A stretch of DNA of 64,000 bases from an uncultured Actinomycetota bacterium (GCA_963848855.1 CAWKFL010000003.1:338912-402911), one strand, 5' to 3'. Positions 21,616-31,396 are shown, counted from the first letter of the stretch. Notes: generated from the sequence alone by a model not told the origin. A program made the numbers and translations.

Positions 21616-22264
21616 TGGTCGACGAACACCACGTTGCTCTCGACGGGATTACGGGGCACCCGAAGCGAATTCCCCGGAAACGCCGGGTCGGGGTAGCCGA
21701 TGGCGAGGCCGCACAGAACCCGCATGTCCTCGCTGATGCCCAGTTGTTCGCGAACGACCTCGGGGTAGCCCGCGATCGACACCTGGACACACGTTCCCAG
21801 GCCGCGCGCCGTCAGCCCAAGCAGCAATGTCTGCAGGAACATGCCGACACCCAGCGCGTCGACGTTGCCGAGGTCGCGGTGCATACAGACGATCCCGGCC
21901 AGCGGGGCCCGGAAGAACTCCCAGTTGCGCAGGACGGCGATTCGTCGCGCCTCGGTGTCGTCGCGGGCGATGCCCATCGAACCGTAGACCAGGGCGCCGA
22001 GGTCGCGTCGCATGTGCGCAAACGCTTCGGGTAACACGGGCACATTCGGCGACTCGACGTGGGCCACCTCGAGCAGGGCTTCCACGAGGCGCGCCCTGGC
22101 CTCGCCGGAGGCGAGGACGAGGTGCCATGGCTGGACGTTCGAATTCGACGGGGCGCGCATCGCGAGACTCAACGCCTCGCGGACGAGTTCAGTGGGACGG
22201 GCTTGTCGCTCAAAAACATTCGCGATGATCGGCGCTCGATGATGGCCTGGTCCAAGTCATACAT
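21612..22264 (-). pseudogene. nitroreductase-family protein; 1-nt deletion near 22194-22200 as assembled
   Basis: ATG 22264 gives MYDLDQAIIERRSSRMFLSDKPVP and then a premature stop. Shifting one base continues TELVREALSLAMRAPSNSNVQPWHL... into the 21612..22172 ORF. The span equals 3n+2. Confidence 0.75.
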
Positions 22265-22302
22265 CGGCGACCCTCCCAAGATGCTGTACCGACACCACGT
22301 GG

Positions 22303-22321
22303 AACATTTTCAACAAATGTT
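22303..22321. promoter_or_regulatory. AT-rich inverted repeat AACATTT-tcaac-AAATGTT upstream of the nitroreductase gene
   Basis: Read directly. It stands out as unusually AT-rich in a GC-rich context, about 40 nt upstream of ATG 22264. Confidence 0.3.
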
Positions 22322-22412
22322 TAATTCCCATGGGCGATCGCGAGCGTGCGTCAACTGTCGAATATTATCGGCGCGTCGTGTGCAAACACGCACGCTCGCG
22401 CAAACGGGGTGA

Positions 22413-23222
22413 CTACTTCATCTTGAAGTTCGGCGGACGCTTCTCCTTGTACGCCAGCGGGCCTTCCTTGGCGTCGTCGCTCAGAAAAACCTCGATGCCG
22501 ATCTTGGTGTCGATCTTGAAGGCGTCGTTCTCGTGCATGCCCTCGGTCTCGTGAATGGTCTTCAGGATCGCCTGCACCGCCAGCGGTCCGTTGTTGTTGA
22601 TCACCTCGGCGATCTCGAGCGCCTTCTGAAGCGCCGTGCCGTCGGGCACGACGTAGCCGACCAGTCCCATCTCCTTGGCCTCGGCCGCGGTGATGTGCCG
22701 TCCGGTCAGCAGCAGATCGCACGCCACGGTGTACGGGATCTGGCGGACCAGTCGGACCGCGGAGCCGCCCATCGGGTACAGGCTCCATTTGGCCTCGGAA
22801 ATGCCGAACTTGGCGTTCTCACCCGCGATGCGGATGTCGGTGCTCTGCAGGATCTCGGTGCCGCCCGCGATGGCAGGCCCTTCGACTGCGGCGATCAGCG
22901 GTTTGGTCAGCCGGCGTCCCTTCAGCAGGGCATCGATGCGCGACGGGTCGTAGCTGCCGTCCTTGAACGAGTCGCCGGGCGGCTTGGCGGTCGCCGCCTT
23001 GAGGTCCATGCCTGCACAGAAGTAGCCGCCCGCGCCGGTCAGGATGCAGGTCCGGATCTCGGGATCGTTGTCGACGCGATCCCATGCCTCGACCATGATC
23101 GATAGCATTTCGGTGGAAAGCGCGTTGCGCGCCTCTGGCCGGTTGAGCGTCAGGATCAGGGTGTGTCCGCGCTGCTCAATGAGGGCGTGGGGGCCCTTCG
23201 CGGTGTTTTCACCGTCGCTCAC
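22413..23222 (-). CDS. echA19: enoyl-CoA hydratase EchA19-like
   Basis: Crotonase fold ([21 protein letters not shown]). The GTG at 23222 is chosen because the longer track ORF runs through the KstR box. Synteny with Rv3516. Confidence 0.8.
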   Translation of the reverse strand: MSDGENTAKGPHALIEQRGHTLILTLNRPEARNALSTEMLSIMVEAWDRVDNDPEIRTCILTGAGGYFCAGMDLKAATAKPPGDSFKDGSYDPSRIDALLKGRRLTKPLIAAVEGPAIAGGTEILQSTDIRIAGENAKFGISEAKWSLYPMGGSAVRLVRQIPYTVACDLLLTGRHITAAEAKEMGLVGYVVPDGTALQKALEIAEVINNNGPLAVQAILKTIHETEGMHENDAFKIDTKIGIEVFLSDDAKEGPLAYKEKRPPNFKMK

Positions 23223-23268
23223 GGAATAGTCCGCCTTCCTGCATCGATGCCACAGACTTGTCACGAAA

Positions 23269-23282
23269 TGTAACACGTTCTA
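23269..23282. promoter_or_regulatory. KstR-type operator TGTAACACGTTCTA between divergent echA19 and fadD19
   Basis: Consensus match in a 70-bp divergent intergenic region. Confidence 0.75.
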
Positions 23283-23292
23283 GTTTGGTGCC

Positions 23293-24954
23293 GTGGCCCT
23301 GAACATTGCAGACCTTGCCGAACACGCCATCGACGCCGTGCCAGATCGTGTCGCCCTGATCTGCGGTGACGACCAGTTGACCTACGGCCAGCTGGAGGAG
23401 AAGGCCAACCAGCTCGCCCACTACCTCATCGACCAGGGCGTCAAGAAGGACGACAAGGTCGGGCTCTACTGCCGCAACCGCATCGAGATCGTTATCGCGA
23501 TGCTCGGCATCGTCAAGGCGGGCGCCATTCTGGTCAACGTCAACTTCCGCTATGTCGAGGGCGAGTTGAAGTACCTGTTCGAGAACTCCGACATGGTGGC
23601 CCTGGTGCACGAGCGGCGCTACACCGACCGCGTCGCCAACGTGCTGCCCGAGACACCGAACGTGAAGACCGTGCTGGTGGTGGAGGACGGCAGTGACCCA
23701 GAAGATGGGGATTACGAGCGCTACGGCGGCGTCGAGTTCTATTCGGCCCTCGAACAGGCCTCGCCCGAGCGTGATTTCGGTGAACGCAGCGCGGACGACA
23801 TCTATCTGCTGTACACCGGCGGCACCACCGGGTTCCCGAAGGGTGTGATGTGGCGGCACGAGGACATCTACCGAGTCCTCTTCGGCGGCACCGACTTCGC
23901 GACGGGTGAGCCCGTCAAGGACGAGTACGACTTGGCCAAGGCGGCGGCCGAGAATCCACCGATGATTCGCTACCCGATTCCGCCGATGATCCATGGGGCC
24001 ACCCAGTCGGCTACCTGGATGTCGCTGTTCGCCGGCCAAACCACCGTGCTCGCACCGGAATTTGATCCCGACGAAGTGTGGCGGGCGATCCACGAACACA
24101 AGGTCAACCTGCTGTTCTTCACCGGCGACGCGATGGCCCGCCCGCTTCTCGACGCGCTGCTCGCGCATCAGGACAACGGAAACGAGTACGACCTGGCGTC
24201 GTTGTTCCTGCTTGCGAGCACCGCCGCACTGTTCTCCGCGAGTATCAAGGAGAAGTTCCTCGAGCTGCTGCCCAACCGGGTGATCACCGACTCGATCGGA
24301 TCCTCGGAGACGGGCTTCGGCGGCACCAGCATCGTGGCAAAGGGGCAGTCGCACACCGGTGGACCGCGCGTCACGATCGACAAGACGACCGTGGTGCTCG
24401 ACGAGGACGGCAACGAGGTGACGCCCGGCTCCGGCGTCCGGGGCATCATCGCCAAGAGGGGCCACATTCCCGTCGGCTACTACAAGGACGAGAAGAAGAC
24501 CGCCGAGACTTTCCGCACGTACAACGGTGTGCGGTACGCGATCCCCGGCGACTACGCCGAGGTGGAAGCCGACGGAAGCGTCACGATGCTGGGTCGCGGC
24601 TCGCAGTCGATCAATAGCGGCGGGGAGAAGATCTACCCCGAGGAGGTCGAGGCCGCCCTCAAGGGCCATCCCGACGTGTTCGATGCGCTGGTGGTCGGCG
24701 TGCCCGACGAGCGCTTCGGCCAGTGCGTCGCGGCCGTCGTTCACCGTCGTCTCGGCACGAACCCGACACTTGCCGAACTGGACAGCTTCGTGCGCCAGGA
24801 GATCGCGGGATATAAAGTGCCGCGCAAGGTCTGGTGGGTCGACGAGATTCATCGGACCCCGGCGGGCAAGCCCGACTACCGGTGGGCCAAGGACACGACA
24901 GAGGAGCGGCCCGCCGACGACGCTCACGCCAACCATGTAGGGACATCGACCTGA
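23293..24954 (+). CDS. fadD19: steroid side-chain acyl-CoA synthetase FadD19-like
   Basis: 553 aa with LLYTGGTTGFPKGVMWRHEDI, SSETG and GGEKIYPEEVE motifs. Synteny with Rv3515c. Confidence 0.85.
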   Translation: MALNIADLAEHAIDAVPDRVALICGDDQLTYGQLEEKANQLAHYLIDQGVKKDDKVGLYCRNRIEIVIAMLGIVKAGAILVNVNFRYVEGELKYLFENSDMVALVHERRYTDRVANVLPETPNVKTVLVVEDGSDPEDGDYERYGGVEFYSALEQASPERDFGERSADDIYLLYTGGTTGFPKGVMWRHEDIYRVLFGGTDFATGEPVKDEYDLAKAAAENPPMIRYPIPPMIHGATQSATWMSLFAGQTTVLAPEFDPDEVWRAIHEHKVNLLFFTGDAMARPLLDALLAHQDNGNEYDLASLFLLASTAALFSASIKEKFLELLPNRVITDSIGSSETGFGGTSIVAKGQSHTGGPRVTIDKTTVVLDEDGNEVTPGSGVRGIIAKRGHIPVGYYKDEKKTAETFRTYNGVRYAIPGDYAEVEADGSVTMLGRGSQSINSGGEKIYPEEVEAALKGHPDVFDALVVGVPDERFGQCVAAVVHRRLGTNPTLAELDSFVRQEIAGYKVPRKVWWVDEIHRTPAGKPDYRWAKDTTEERPADDAHANHVGTST

Positions 24955-26084
24955 TGCGAACTGAACTGTGTGATCGCTTCGGCATCGACTTTCCGATCTT
25001 CGTCTTCACCCCGTCGGAGAAGGTGGCCGCTGCGGTCAGCAAGGCCGGCGGGCTGGGGGTGCTGGGCTGTGTGCGGTTCAACGATCCTGACGACCTCGAG
25101 ACCGTGCTGTGCTGGATGGACGAGAACACCGACGGCAAGCCGTATGGCGTCGACGTCGTCATGCCGGCGGAGGTGCCGACGGAGGGCACGGCCGCCGACA
25201 TCAACACGCTGATCCCGCAGGAGCACCGCGACTTCGTCAGCAAAACCCTTGCTGACCTTGGCGTTCCGCCGCTGCCGGATGACGAGGCCCGGTCGGCGGG
25301 CGTGCTCGGATGGCTGCATTCGGTGGCCCGGTCGCACGTCGAGGTGGCGCTCAAGCATCCGATCAAGCTGATCGCCAACGCCCTGGGCTCGCCGCCGCGC
25401 GACATCATCGACCATTCCCACGACGCCGGAGTTCCGGTGGCCGCACTGGCGGGCAGTGCCAAGCACGCGCAGCGGCACGTCGAGAACGGTGTCGACATCG
25501 TTGTCGCGCAGGGCTACGAGGCAGGCGGCCACACCGGAGAGATCGGATCGATGGTGTTGTGGCCGGAAATCATCGATGGGCTGCGCGCGCTTGGCCATCA
25601 AACTCCGGTGCTGGCCGCGGGAGGTATCGGATCCGGAGGCCAGATGGCCGCCGCCCTGGCGCTCGGTGCGTCAGGCGTGTGGATGGGTTCGGCGTTCCTG
25701 ACGGCGGCCGAATACGACCTCGGGCATCGCAAACCGGGTGGCACCTCGACGATCCAGGAGGCGCTGCTGCGCGCGGGCTCCAGCGATACCGTGCGCCGCC
25801 GCATCTACACCGGCAAACCGGCACGGCTGCTGAAGACCAAATGGACGGACGCCTGGGACGCGCCGGATGCGCCTGAGCCGCTTCCGATGCCGCTGCAGAA
25901 CATTCTGGTCAGCGAGGCCCATCAACGGATGAACGAGTCGGACAATCCGGACACCGTCGCGATGCCGGTCGGCCAGATCGTCGGCCGAATGAACGAGATC
26001 CGGCCCGTAGCAGACATAATCGCCGAGTTGGTCTCCGGTTTCGAAGACGCAACTCGGCGATTGGACGGTATCCGGGAGAGCTAG
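24954..26084 (+). CDS. nitronate monooxygenase (2-nitropropane dioxygenase-like, FMN TIM barrel)
   Basis: The ATG overlaps the fadD19 TGA (TGATG). Sequence MRTELCDRFGIDFPIFVFTPS...VVAQGYEAGGHTGEIGSMVLWPE. Confidence 0.75.
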   Translation: MRTELCDRFGIDFPIFVFTPSEKVAAAVSKAGGLGVLGCVRFNDPDDLETVLCWMDENTDGKPYGVDVVMPAEVPTEGTAADINTLIPQEHRDFVSKTLADLGVPPLPDDEARSAGVLGWLHSVARSHVEVALKHPIKLIANALGSPPRDIIDHSHDAGVPVAALAGSAKHAQRHVENGVDIVVAQGYEAGGHTGEIGSMVLWPEIIDGLRALGHQTPVLAAGGIGSGGQMAAALALGASGVWMGSAFLTAAEYDLGHRKPGGTSTIQEALLRAGSSDTVRRRIYTGKPARLLKTKWTDAWDAPDAPEPLPMPLQNILVSEAHQRMNESDNPDTVAMPVGQIVGRMNEIRPVADIIAELVSGFEDATRRLDGIRES

Positions 26085-26563
26085 CATCCCGCCTTGCGGG
26101 CGATGTCCGCCGCGAACAGCGGGGTTTCCTCCTCGACGTGCTTACGGAGGAAGTGCGACGCGAAAATCGATGATGCCGCAAGACGCAGCAGTGTGGGCAT
26201 CGTGGTTTCGACGGTGCACCGGAACGTGGTCGAGTCTGCGTTGCGCGGCGTAGCCGTCATCGTCCAACGCACCTGAAAATGGACGGGGAACAGATGCATG
26301 ATCAATCCGCGCGTGCGTTTTGACAGCATCTCCACCCGGGAGGGCTCAGCGCTCACCTCGTGGTAGTGCTGAACCATTAACGTGCCGCCCACGGTCTCTA
26401 TGTTGACGGAGCCGCGGGCTCCTGCCTCGGTGGTGAAGTTGCCGGCACCCCGATGGCCTTTCGACGCGGCCTGGTACTCCTCGTCGGACAGCGTGAACAG
26501 CCATTTCTCCAGGTCGACTTGTTCGATCGGGGCATCGATGACGGCTTCGTGCGTGGCAATCAT
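26081..26563 (-). CDS. SRPBCC-superfamily (polyketide cyclase/START-like) protein
   Basis: 160-aa ORF divergent from the TetR gene. The assignment rests on size and composition only. Confidence 0.45.
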   Translation of the reverse strand: MIATHEAVIDAPIEQVDLEKWLFTLSDEEYQAASKGHRGAGNFTTEAGARGSVNIETVGGTLMVQHYHEVSAEPSRVEMLSKRTRGLIMHLFPVHFQVRWTMTATPRNADSTTFRCTVETTMPTLLRLAASSIFASHFLRKHVEEETPLFAADIARKAGC

Positions 26564-26599
26564 GGTGGTCTCCTTCGGTGGCCCGATAACTTAACGGCC

Positions 26600-26636
26600 G
26601 TTTACTTATGGCGTAAGTTCTACACGATAAGTAAAC
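26600..26636. promoter_or_regulatory. candidate TetR operator: 10-bp inverted repeat GTTTACTTAT / ATAAGTAAAC with a nested ACTTA-N5-TAAGT
   Basis: 26600-26609 is the exact reverse complement of 26627-26636. The site is AT-rich and lies in the 82-bp divergent region. Confidence 0.45.
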
Positions 26637-26645
26637 AGATGTAAA

Positions 26646-27278
26646 GTGATCTGCGTGACACAGTCCGGCCGCGCGCGCAACCCCCGTGGTGCAGGGGACC
26701 GTTTGCGCCAGGAGATCATCGAGGCGGCAACAAGCCTCATCGGCGAGGATGGGCAAGGCGCTTTGAGCCTGCGGGCGATCGCGCGGCGCGCTGGCGTTAC
26801 CGCACCGGCGATCTACGCTCATTTCGACGACCTCGACGCCGTGCGACGCGCCGTCATCGACTCCACGTTCACCGACTTCGCCGCGTACCTGCGGCGTGCG
26901 CTTCGTGGTCATGCCGATCCGGCGGACCGATTGCGGATACTGTGCCGGGCCTACGCCCGATTCGGGCTGACGCGGCCCCACGAGTACGAGGTGATGTTTG
27001 GCGCCGAACCGGATCCGCCCCCTGGCGGCACCGCGAAGTCGCTCGACACCATGGAGGGTGCCGAGCCGTTCAGCATCCTGCTCGACGCCATCCGGGCATG
27101 CGTGGACACGGGGGCGTCGGGCTCGACGCAGCCGGTCGAGGATGCGACCGCGATGTGGGTCGCGCTACACGGTTACGTCAGCTTGCGGTCGGCGATCCCC
27201 GACTTTCCTTGGCCAGCAGGCGATTCGCTCCTTGACGCTATCGCCGAACGGCTCGGAAGCCTCCGCGTCACGGCGTGA
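26646..27278 (+). CDS. TetR-family transcriptional regulator
   Basis: N-terminal HTH LSLRAIARRAGVTAPAIYAHF, 210 aa. Confidence 0.8.
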   Translation: MICVTQSGRARNPRGAGDRLRQEIIEAATSLIGEDGQGALSLRAIARRAGVTAPAIYAHFDDLDAVRRAVIDSTFTDFAAYLRRALRGHADPADRLRILCRAYARFGLTRPHEYEVMFGAEPDPPPGGTAKSLDTMEGAEPFSILLDAIRACVDTGASGSTQPVEDATAMWVALHGYVSLRSAIPDFPWPAGDSLLDAIAERLGSLRVTA

Positions 27279-27975
27279 TCTTCGTCTGCTCGTCGATCGC
27301 GTTGGTTGCAGCGCCAACGATTGCGGCCTGGTCTTCCAGCCCATCGGCGTTGAGCTGCAAGACGTAGTAACCGTCACTGCCGGGGATCACGACCGTCTTC
27401 TGCGCGACGATCTTGGTTTGACCGTCCTGCGTCCATGTGCCGCCCAGCTGGTAGGCGGGGTAGTTACCGAGCGTGCTGACCTCGCCTTCGTTCATTGCGA
27501 TCCAGCCCGGCAGGTTCTGCAGCTCGCCTGGCGCGAGGTCGATGATCCGTTGCGGGTCGACGTTTCCGGTCAATTTCGACATCAACGCGACAATGCTCGG
27601 GGTGTAGTCGCCCGCGTCGGGACGGGTGTAGATGATCGCACTGTAGGCCCAGTCCGGGGTGTTCTCACCGGCAAGCTGCCAGCCCTCGGGAACCGGCAGA
27701 TCCACTGTGGGAGAACCGGGATCGCCGCGCTTGACCGGCGTCTCTTCAATGTTGTTCTCCGCGATGTAGCTGGCGATCGTCGGATTCGGGCTCTGCGCGT
27801 CTTCGTCGCGAGGTGCCACCTCGGCCGTCGACGTTGCAGTCTTGGCGCTCGTCGTGGTGCTGGTCGTCTCGGAGGCAGCGGCACTGGGTTCGCCCTTGGT
27901 GGTAGAGCCGCAACCCGACAGCACCAGAGCAAGTGCCGCGGCCATCGCGGTGGCGCATGAGATTGTGCGATTCAT
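27268..27975 (-). CDS. LpqN/LpqT-family lipoprotein
   Basis: Signal peptide plus lipobox LVLSGC, a Thr/Ser-rich linker, and a C-terminal ...AQKTVVIPGSDGYYVLQLNAD...IDEQTKITP very like M. tuberculosis LpqN. Confidence 0.75.
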   Translation of the reverse strand: MNRTISCATAMAAALALVLSGCGSTTKGEPSAAASETTSTTTSAKTATSTAEVAPRDEDAQSPNPTIASYIAENNIEETPVKRGDPGSPTVDLPVPEGWQLAGENTPDWAYSAIIYTRPDAGDYTPSIVALMSKLTGNVDPQRIIDLAPGELQNLPGWIAMNEGEVSTLGNYPAYQLGGTWTQDGQTKIVAQKTVVIPGSDGYYVLQLNADGLEDQAAIVGAATNAIDEQTKITP

Positions 27976-28219
27976 CCGTAAACTCCCGTTGGTCTGCTGT
28001 TGCCTGCGCAGACGGTGGCAAACAGTTTTCTGTGTGCGTCGATAGCGAAGCGTAGTGCAAAAGCCTGGTTGTGCAGTGTGAGTAGATGTACCTGATCTGC
28101 GTGAGCAAAACTAACCGCAACCGTGCTTCAGTTAGTTGTCGTCTTTGCTATACCGCAACGTCGTCAAGCTGTCCGATTTGTTCACGACAGCACGATGCGA
28201 TCCCCCTAGCGTGCAAGGT

Positions 28220-28618
28220 ATGGATATTCGACTGACATCGACCGTCTTCCAGATATTCGCCGGCGACCTAAAACGATCGCTCGACTTCTACCGCCTGCTT
28301 GGCCTGCCCGTACCGGATCCCGACGGGCCACCACATGTCGCGATCGAACTGCCCGGGGGCAACACGTTGTCGTTCGACACCGAGGACACCATCGCAGGCA
28401 TGCATCCGGGCTGGGAGCGACCAACCTCGACGGCAAGCCGGTTGGCGTTGGCCTTCGGAGTCGAATCGGCCGCGAAGGTCGACTCGCTGTACGAAAAGGT
28501 CACCGGCGCAGGCCATCCCGGACCGTTGAAGCCGTACGACGCGCCGTGGGGCCAGCGTTACGCAACCGTGGCGGACCCCGATGGCAACTGGGTCGACTTG
28601 TTCGCACCGCTGTCCTGA
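28220..28618 (+). CDS. VOC / glyoxalase-bleomycin-resistance family protein
   Basis: 132 aa from ATG 28220, ending ...WGQRYATVADPDGNWVDLFAPLS. The track ORF start at 28136 looks like an extension. Confidence 0.7.
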   Translation: MDIRLTSTVFQIFAGDLKRSLDFYRLLGLPVPDPDGPPHVAIELPGGNTLSFDTEDTIAGMHPGWERPTSTASRLALAFGVESAAKVDSLYEKVTGAGHPGPLKPYDAPWGQRYATVADPDGNWVDLFAPLS

Positions 28619-29289
28619 CGCAGCGCGGCCAGCGGAACTCCCGCCAGGTCGCGGACCTCGCGGTGCAGGTGCGGCTGATCAGCGTAGCCAGCGCGGGCCG
28701 CCACCTCGGTGGCGGGCAGACCTTCGTCGAGCAGCTTCACCGCCTGCCGAAACCGCAGGATGCGCCGCAACGTGGCCGGACCATAGCCGTACACGGCGCC
28801 ACACTGGCGCTGCAAAGTTCGGTTCGACCAGCCCACTTCGTGCGCGACATCGCTGACCGCCGAGCCGACGGCCAGGCTTCTGGTGACATGGCGGAGCAGG
28901 GGCAGCGACCAGGGCGCGGTCTCTGGTCGCGGACCGTCCGACGCGAGGTCGGTGGCCAGCTGCACCAGCGAACGCATGCGGTGCGGCACCGGTCGCAGCT
29001 CGCTGAGCGCCACGCGCGTATTGCGCAATTCGGACGCGGGCACGCCCAGTAGCCGGGGAAGCACACCGGAATGAAATCGTAAGCCCACGAACGGATCTCC
29101 GTCGCGTCGAGTGACGGAGGCGGCGGTGTCGGGCCCTGCCACGATGATGCGGCCGTCCATCCGCATGAGATCCATGCAGCCGTCGGGAAGCACGCGCACC
29201 GGCGCGGGTGCACCATCCACCACCCATGCGCATTCGATGAAGTCGCCGAGCATGGCGGGCGGTCGGAATTCGCGATAGCCCACGTGCAA
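28558..29289 (-). CDS. AraC-family transcriptional regulator
   Basis: C-terminal HTH region (VSDVAHEVGWSNRTLQRQC...GYADQPHLHREVRDLAG). Its 3' end overlaps the VOC gene by 61 bp. Confidence 0.7.
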   Translation of the reverse strand: MHVGYREFRPPAMLGDFIECAWVVDGAPAPVRVLPDGCMDLMRMDGRIIVAGPDTAASVTRRDGDPFVGLRFHSGVLPRLLGVPASELRNTRVALSELRPVPHRMRSLVQLATDLASDGPRPETAPWSLPLLRHVTRSLAVGSAVSDVAHEVGWSNRTLQRQCGAVYGYGPATLRRILRFRQAVKLLDEGLPATEVAARAGYADQPHLHREVRDLAGVPLAALRQDSGANKSTQLPSGSATVA

Positions 29290-29328
29290 AAGGCTACCGT
29301 TGAGCTATGACACGCGCAGGGCAGCGGA

Positions 29329-29889
29329 TTGTCCTGGCCCGGTGGAGCCCGCTTGGGGGCGGTCGGTTTGCTGGCGGCGATGGCGTTCCTGGTGGCGTGC
29401 CCGCTGTGGCCGCTGCTGTCCGACACGGGCACCCGCATCGAGCAGGTCTTGACGGTCGTGCTCAGAACACCACCCTTGGCCGTTGCGTTCGGGTGGATGT
29501 TGTGGCGGATAACGAAGTCGCTGCCCGGAATGGGAGTCACTGTCGATCACAACGGCATTTCACCGTTCGATGGCAGGCGCACCGACACCATCAATTGGTC
29601 GGAGATTGCGGGCATCGGCTTCGGCTCGTACCCGCACGCCGAAGGCGGACTCAATACCCGCGCATTGCCGGGGCTGGAGATCTATTTTCGCAAAACCGAT
29701 GATGCGGCAACCCATCCGCGATTGCATGGCGACTGGCAGGTTGTCGAGGCACCGGTCGACGGATTTTCGGCCCGATGCTTCCGGTACATCGTTTCGCCCT
29801 CCGCGGGGAAGAGGCCGAGCGCGTCGAGGAGACGGTGCGCGGGGTTTCATCCCGAGTTATGGGCCGGACCGTTCGTGCACGAGCGCTAG
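29329..29889 (+). CDS. hypothetical membrane protein (two N-terminal TM helices)
   Basis: ORF only. The C-terminal 40 aa are Arg/Ser-rich and an alternative frame reads more protein-like, so an indel is possible. Confidence 0.35.
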   Translation: MSWPGGARLGAVGLLAAMAFLVACPLWPLLSDTGTRIEQVLTVVLRTPPLAVAFGWMLWRITKSLPGMGVTVDHNGISPFDGRRTDTINWSEIAGIGFGSYPHAEGGLNTRALPGLEIYFRKTDDAATHPRLHGDWQVVEAPVDGFSARCFRYIVSPSAGKRPSASRRRCAGFHPELWAGPFVHER

Positions 29890-31394
29890 CGATGTATCGA
29901 CACCACGAGATCGTCGCATTCGACGCCCTGCGCCGACAGCTCGCGTTTGACCACCTTGAACGTCTCGGTGCGGGGTAGCGTCGCGCTGATCCGGACGAAC
30001 GATGGCCACTGTTTCGGGCCGAGATCGGGTTGCTCGCTCAGGAATGCCAGGAACTTATCGGCGTCGAAGTGCGCGCCCTCGGCCAGCACAAGCGCGGCCA
30101 TCACGCGATCGCCGACGTCGGGCGCCGGAATGCCGTACACCGCTGCTTCAGCAATATCGGGATGGCGCAACAGGACTCGCTCGATCGGCGCCGTGCCGAG
30201 GTTCTCGCCGTCGACGCGCATCCAGTCGCCGAGCCGGCCGGCGAAGTAGACGTAGTTGTTCTCGTCGCGGTAGGCAAGGTCGCCGCTGTGGTAGACACCG
30301 CCGCGCATCCGCTCCGCGTCGGCCCCGGGGTTGTTGTAGTAGCCTTCGAAACGCCGTGCGTCCGAGACGTTTACGAGCTCACCGGTCACACCGGGCGGGC
30401 ATTGCTCACCCGTGGCGGGGTCGACGATGTAGATTCCGTCGGGCAGTGGTCCCAACGAACCCGCGGGGGTGTCCGGGGTGCGGGCGATGTTCACCCCACC
30501 CTCTGTCGAGCCGAAGCCGTCCATCACGACGGTGTCGAACCTGCGGGCGAACCGCTCGAGGTCGGCGGGAGCACCCTCGTTGCCGTACACCGCGCGCAAC
30601 GGATTGTCGGCATCGTCGTCGCGCTCGGGGGTGGCCAGCACGTAGGACAGCGGCTTGCCGACGTAGTTCGCATACGTGGCGCCGTAGCGCCGCACGTCGG
30701 GCAGGAACTGCGACGCGGAGAACTTGCGACGCAACACCAGTGATCCCCCGCAGGCGAGCGCCACCGCCCACCCCACCAGCACCGCGTTCGAATGGAAGAG
30801 CGGCATCGAGACATAACAGACATCGGAGGGTCCGAGGGAGAATCGCAGTGTCATCGTCACGCCCGCGATCGCGACCTTGCCGTGGCCGCACTTGACCGCC
30901 TTCGGGTCACCGCTGGTGCCCGACGTGTAGATCAACATGAACACGTCCCGCGGGTCGGCGTCGCGCGCAACCACCGGGGTGTCCGCGTAGCCGCCGACCT
31001 CGGCGGCCCACTGCGGAGAGTCGACATCGATGAACTCGGCCTCGCCGAGGGTCGCGGCCGACGCCGAATCAGCAAGCACCACTTGGCAATCGGCGTGTGT
31101 CACGTCGCGGGCCAGCGCCGCGCCGCGCCGAACGGGGTTCAGGCCAACCGGGACGATCCCCGACAGCGCGGCCGCGACGAGCACCGCGGAGAAGAACGGC
31201 GTGTTCTGCAGCAGCACGCCGACATGCGGCGGCCGTGCGGGATCGAGCCGGGCCTGCAACGCGGCCGCTACCGCGGCGCCGTGTCGAATGTGGTCGCGCC
31301 AGGTGGTGTAGGTGTCCTCGAAATACACACCCCGGTCATCGACATCGGCCAGCGGCGTGACGAGCCCAGTGACGGTGGGGAGAGGACTGCTCAC
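29886..31394 (-). CDS. fadD17: acyl-CoA synthetase FadD17-like
   Basis: 502 aa from GTG 31394, 2 nt after the fadE27 stop. Contains the IYTSGTSGDPKAV motif. Synteny with Rv3506. The longer track ORF overlaps fadE27 and is rejected. Confidence 0.8.
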   Translation of the reverse strand: MSSPLPTVTGLVTPLADVDDRGVYFEDTYTTWRDHIRHGAAVAAALQARLDPARPPHVGVLLQNTPFFSAVLVAAALSGIVPVGLNPVRRGAALARDVTHADCQVVLADSASAATLGEAEFIDVDSPQWAAEVGGYADTPVVARDADPRDVFMLIYTSGTSGDPKAVKCGHGKVAIAGVTMTLRFSLGPSDVCYVSMPLFHSNAVLVGWAVALACGGSLVLRRKFSASQFLPDVRRYGATYANYVGKPLSYVLATPERDDDADNPLRAVYGNEGAPADLERFARRFDTVVMDGFGSTEGGVNIARTPDTPAGSLGPLPDGIYIVDPATGEQCPPGVTGELVNVSDARRFEGYYNNPGADAERMRGGVYHSGDLAYRDENNYVYFAGRLGDWMRVDGENLGTAPIERVLLRHPDIAEAAVYGIPAPDVGDRVMAALVLAEGAHFDADKFLAFLSEQPDLGPKQWPSFVRISATLPRTETFKVVKRELSAQGVECDDLVVSIHR

Positions 31395-31396
31395 GG

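Noticed and set aside
23209-24936. Very long antisense or out-of-frame ORFs in the track. Examples: the 575-aa ORF opposite fadD19; 5865-6599; 9208-9945; 11031-11981; 42771-43922; 60871-62166; 55468-56514.
   Set aside because: Their translations are Arg/Pro/Gly/Ala-rich low-complexity sequence with no recognisable motifs. Each lies opposite or out of frame to a gene with strong family signatures. These are typical shadow ORFs of high-GC DNA.
28558-28618. 61-bp tail-to-tail overlap of the VOC gene and the AraC regulator gene. I considered a hidden frameshift in the AraC 3' end.
   Set aside because: The in-frame stop is the earliest stop in any minus-strand frame after the HTH. The VOC C-terminus is family-typical. 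The overlap therefore appears genuine and unremarkable.
29760-29889. Possible pair of indels in the C-terminus of the hypothetical membrane protein. The alternative frame reads ALRGEEAERVEETVR, which looks more protein-like than SPSAGKRPSASRRRCAG.
   Set aside because: No recognisable family is available to anchor the reading frame, so the judgement rests on composition alone. It is noted in the feature evidence only.
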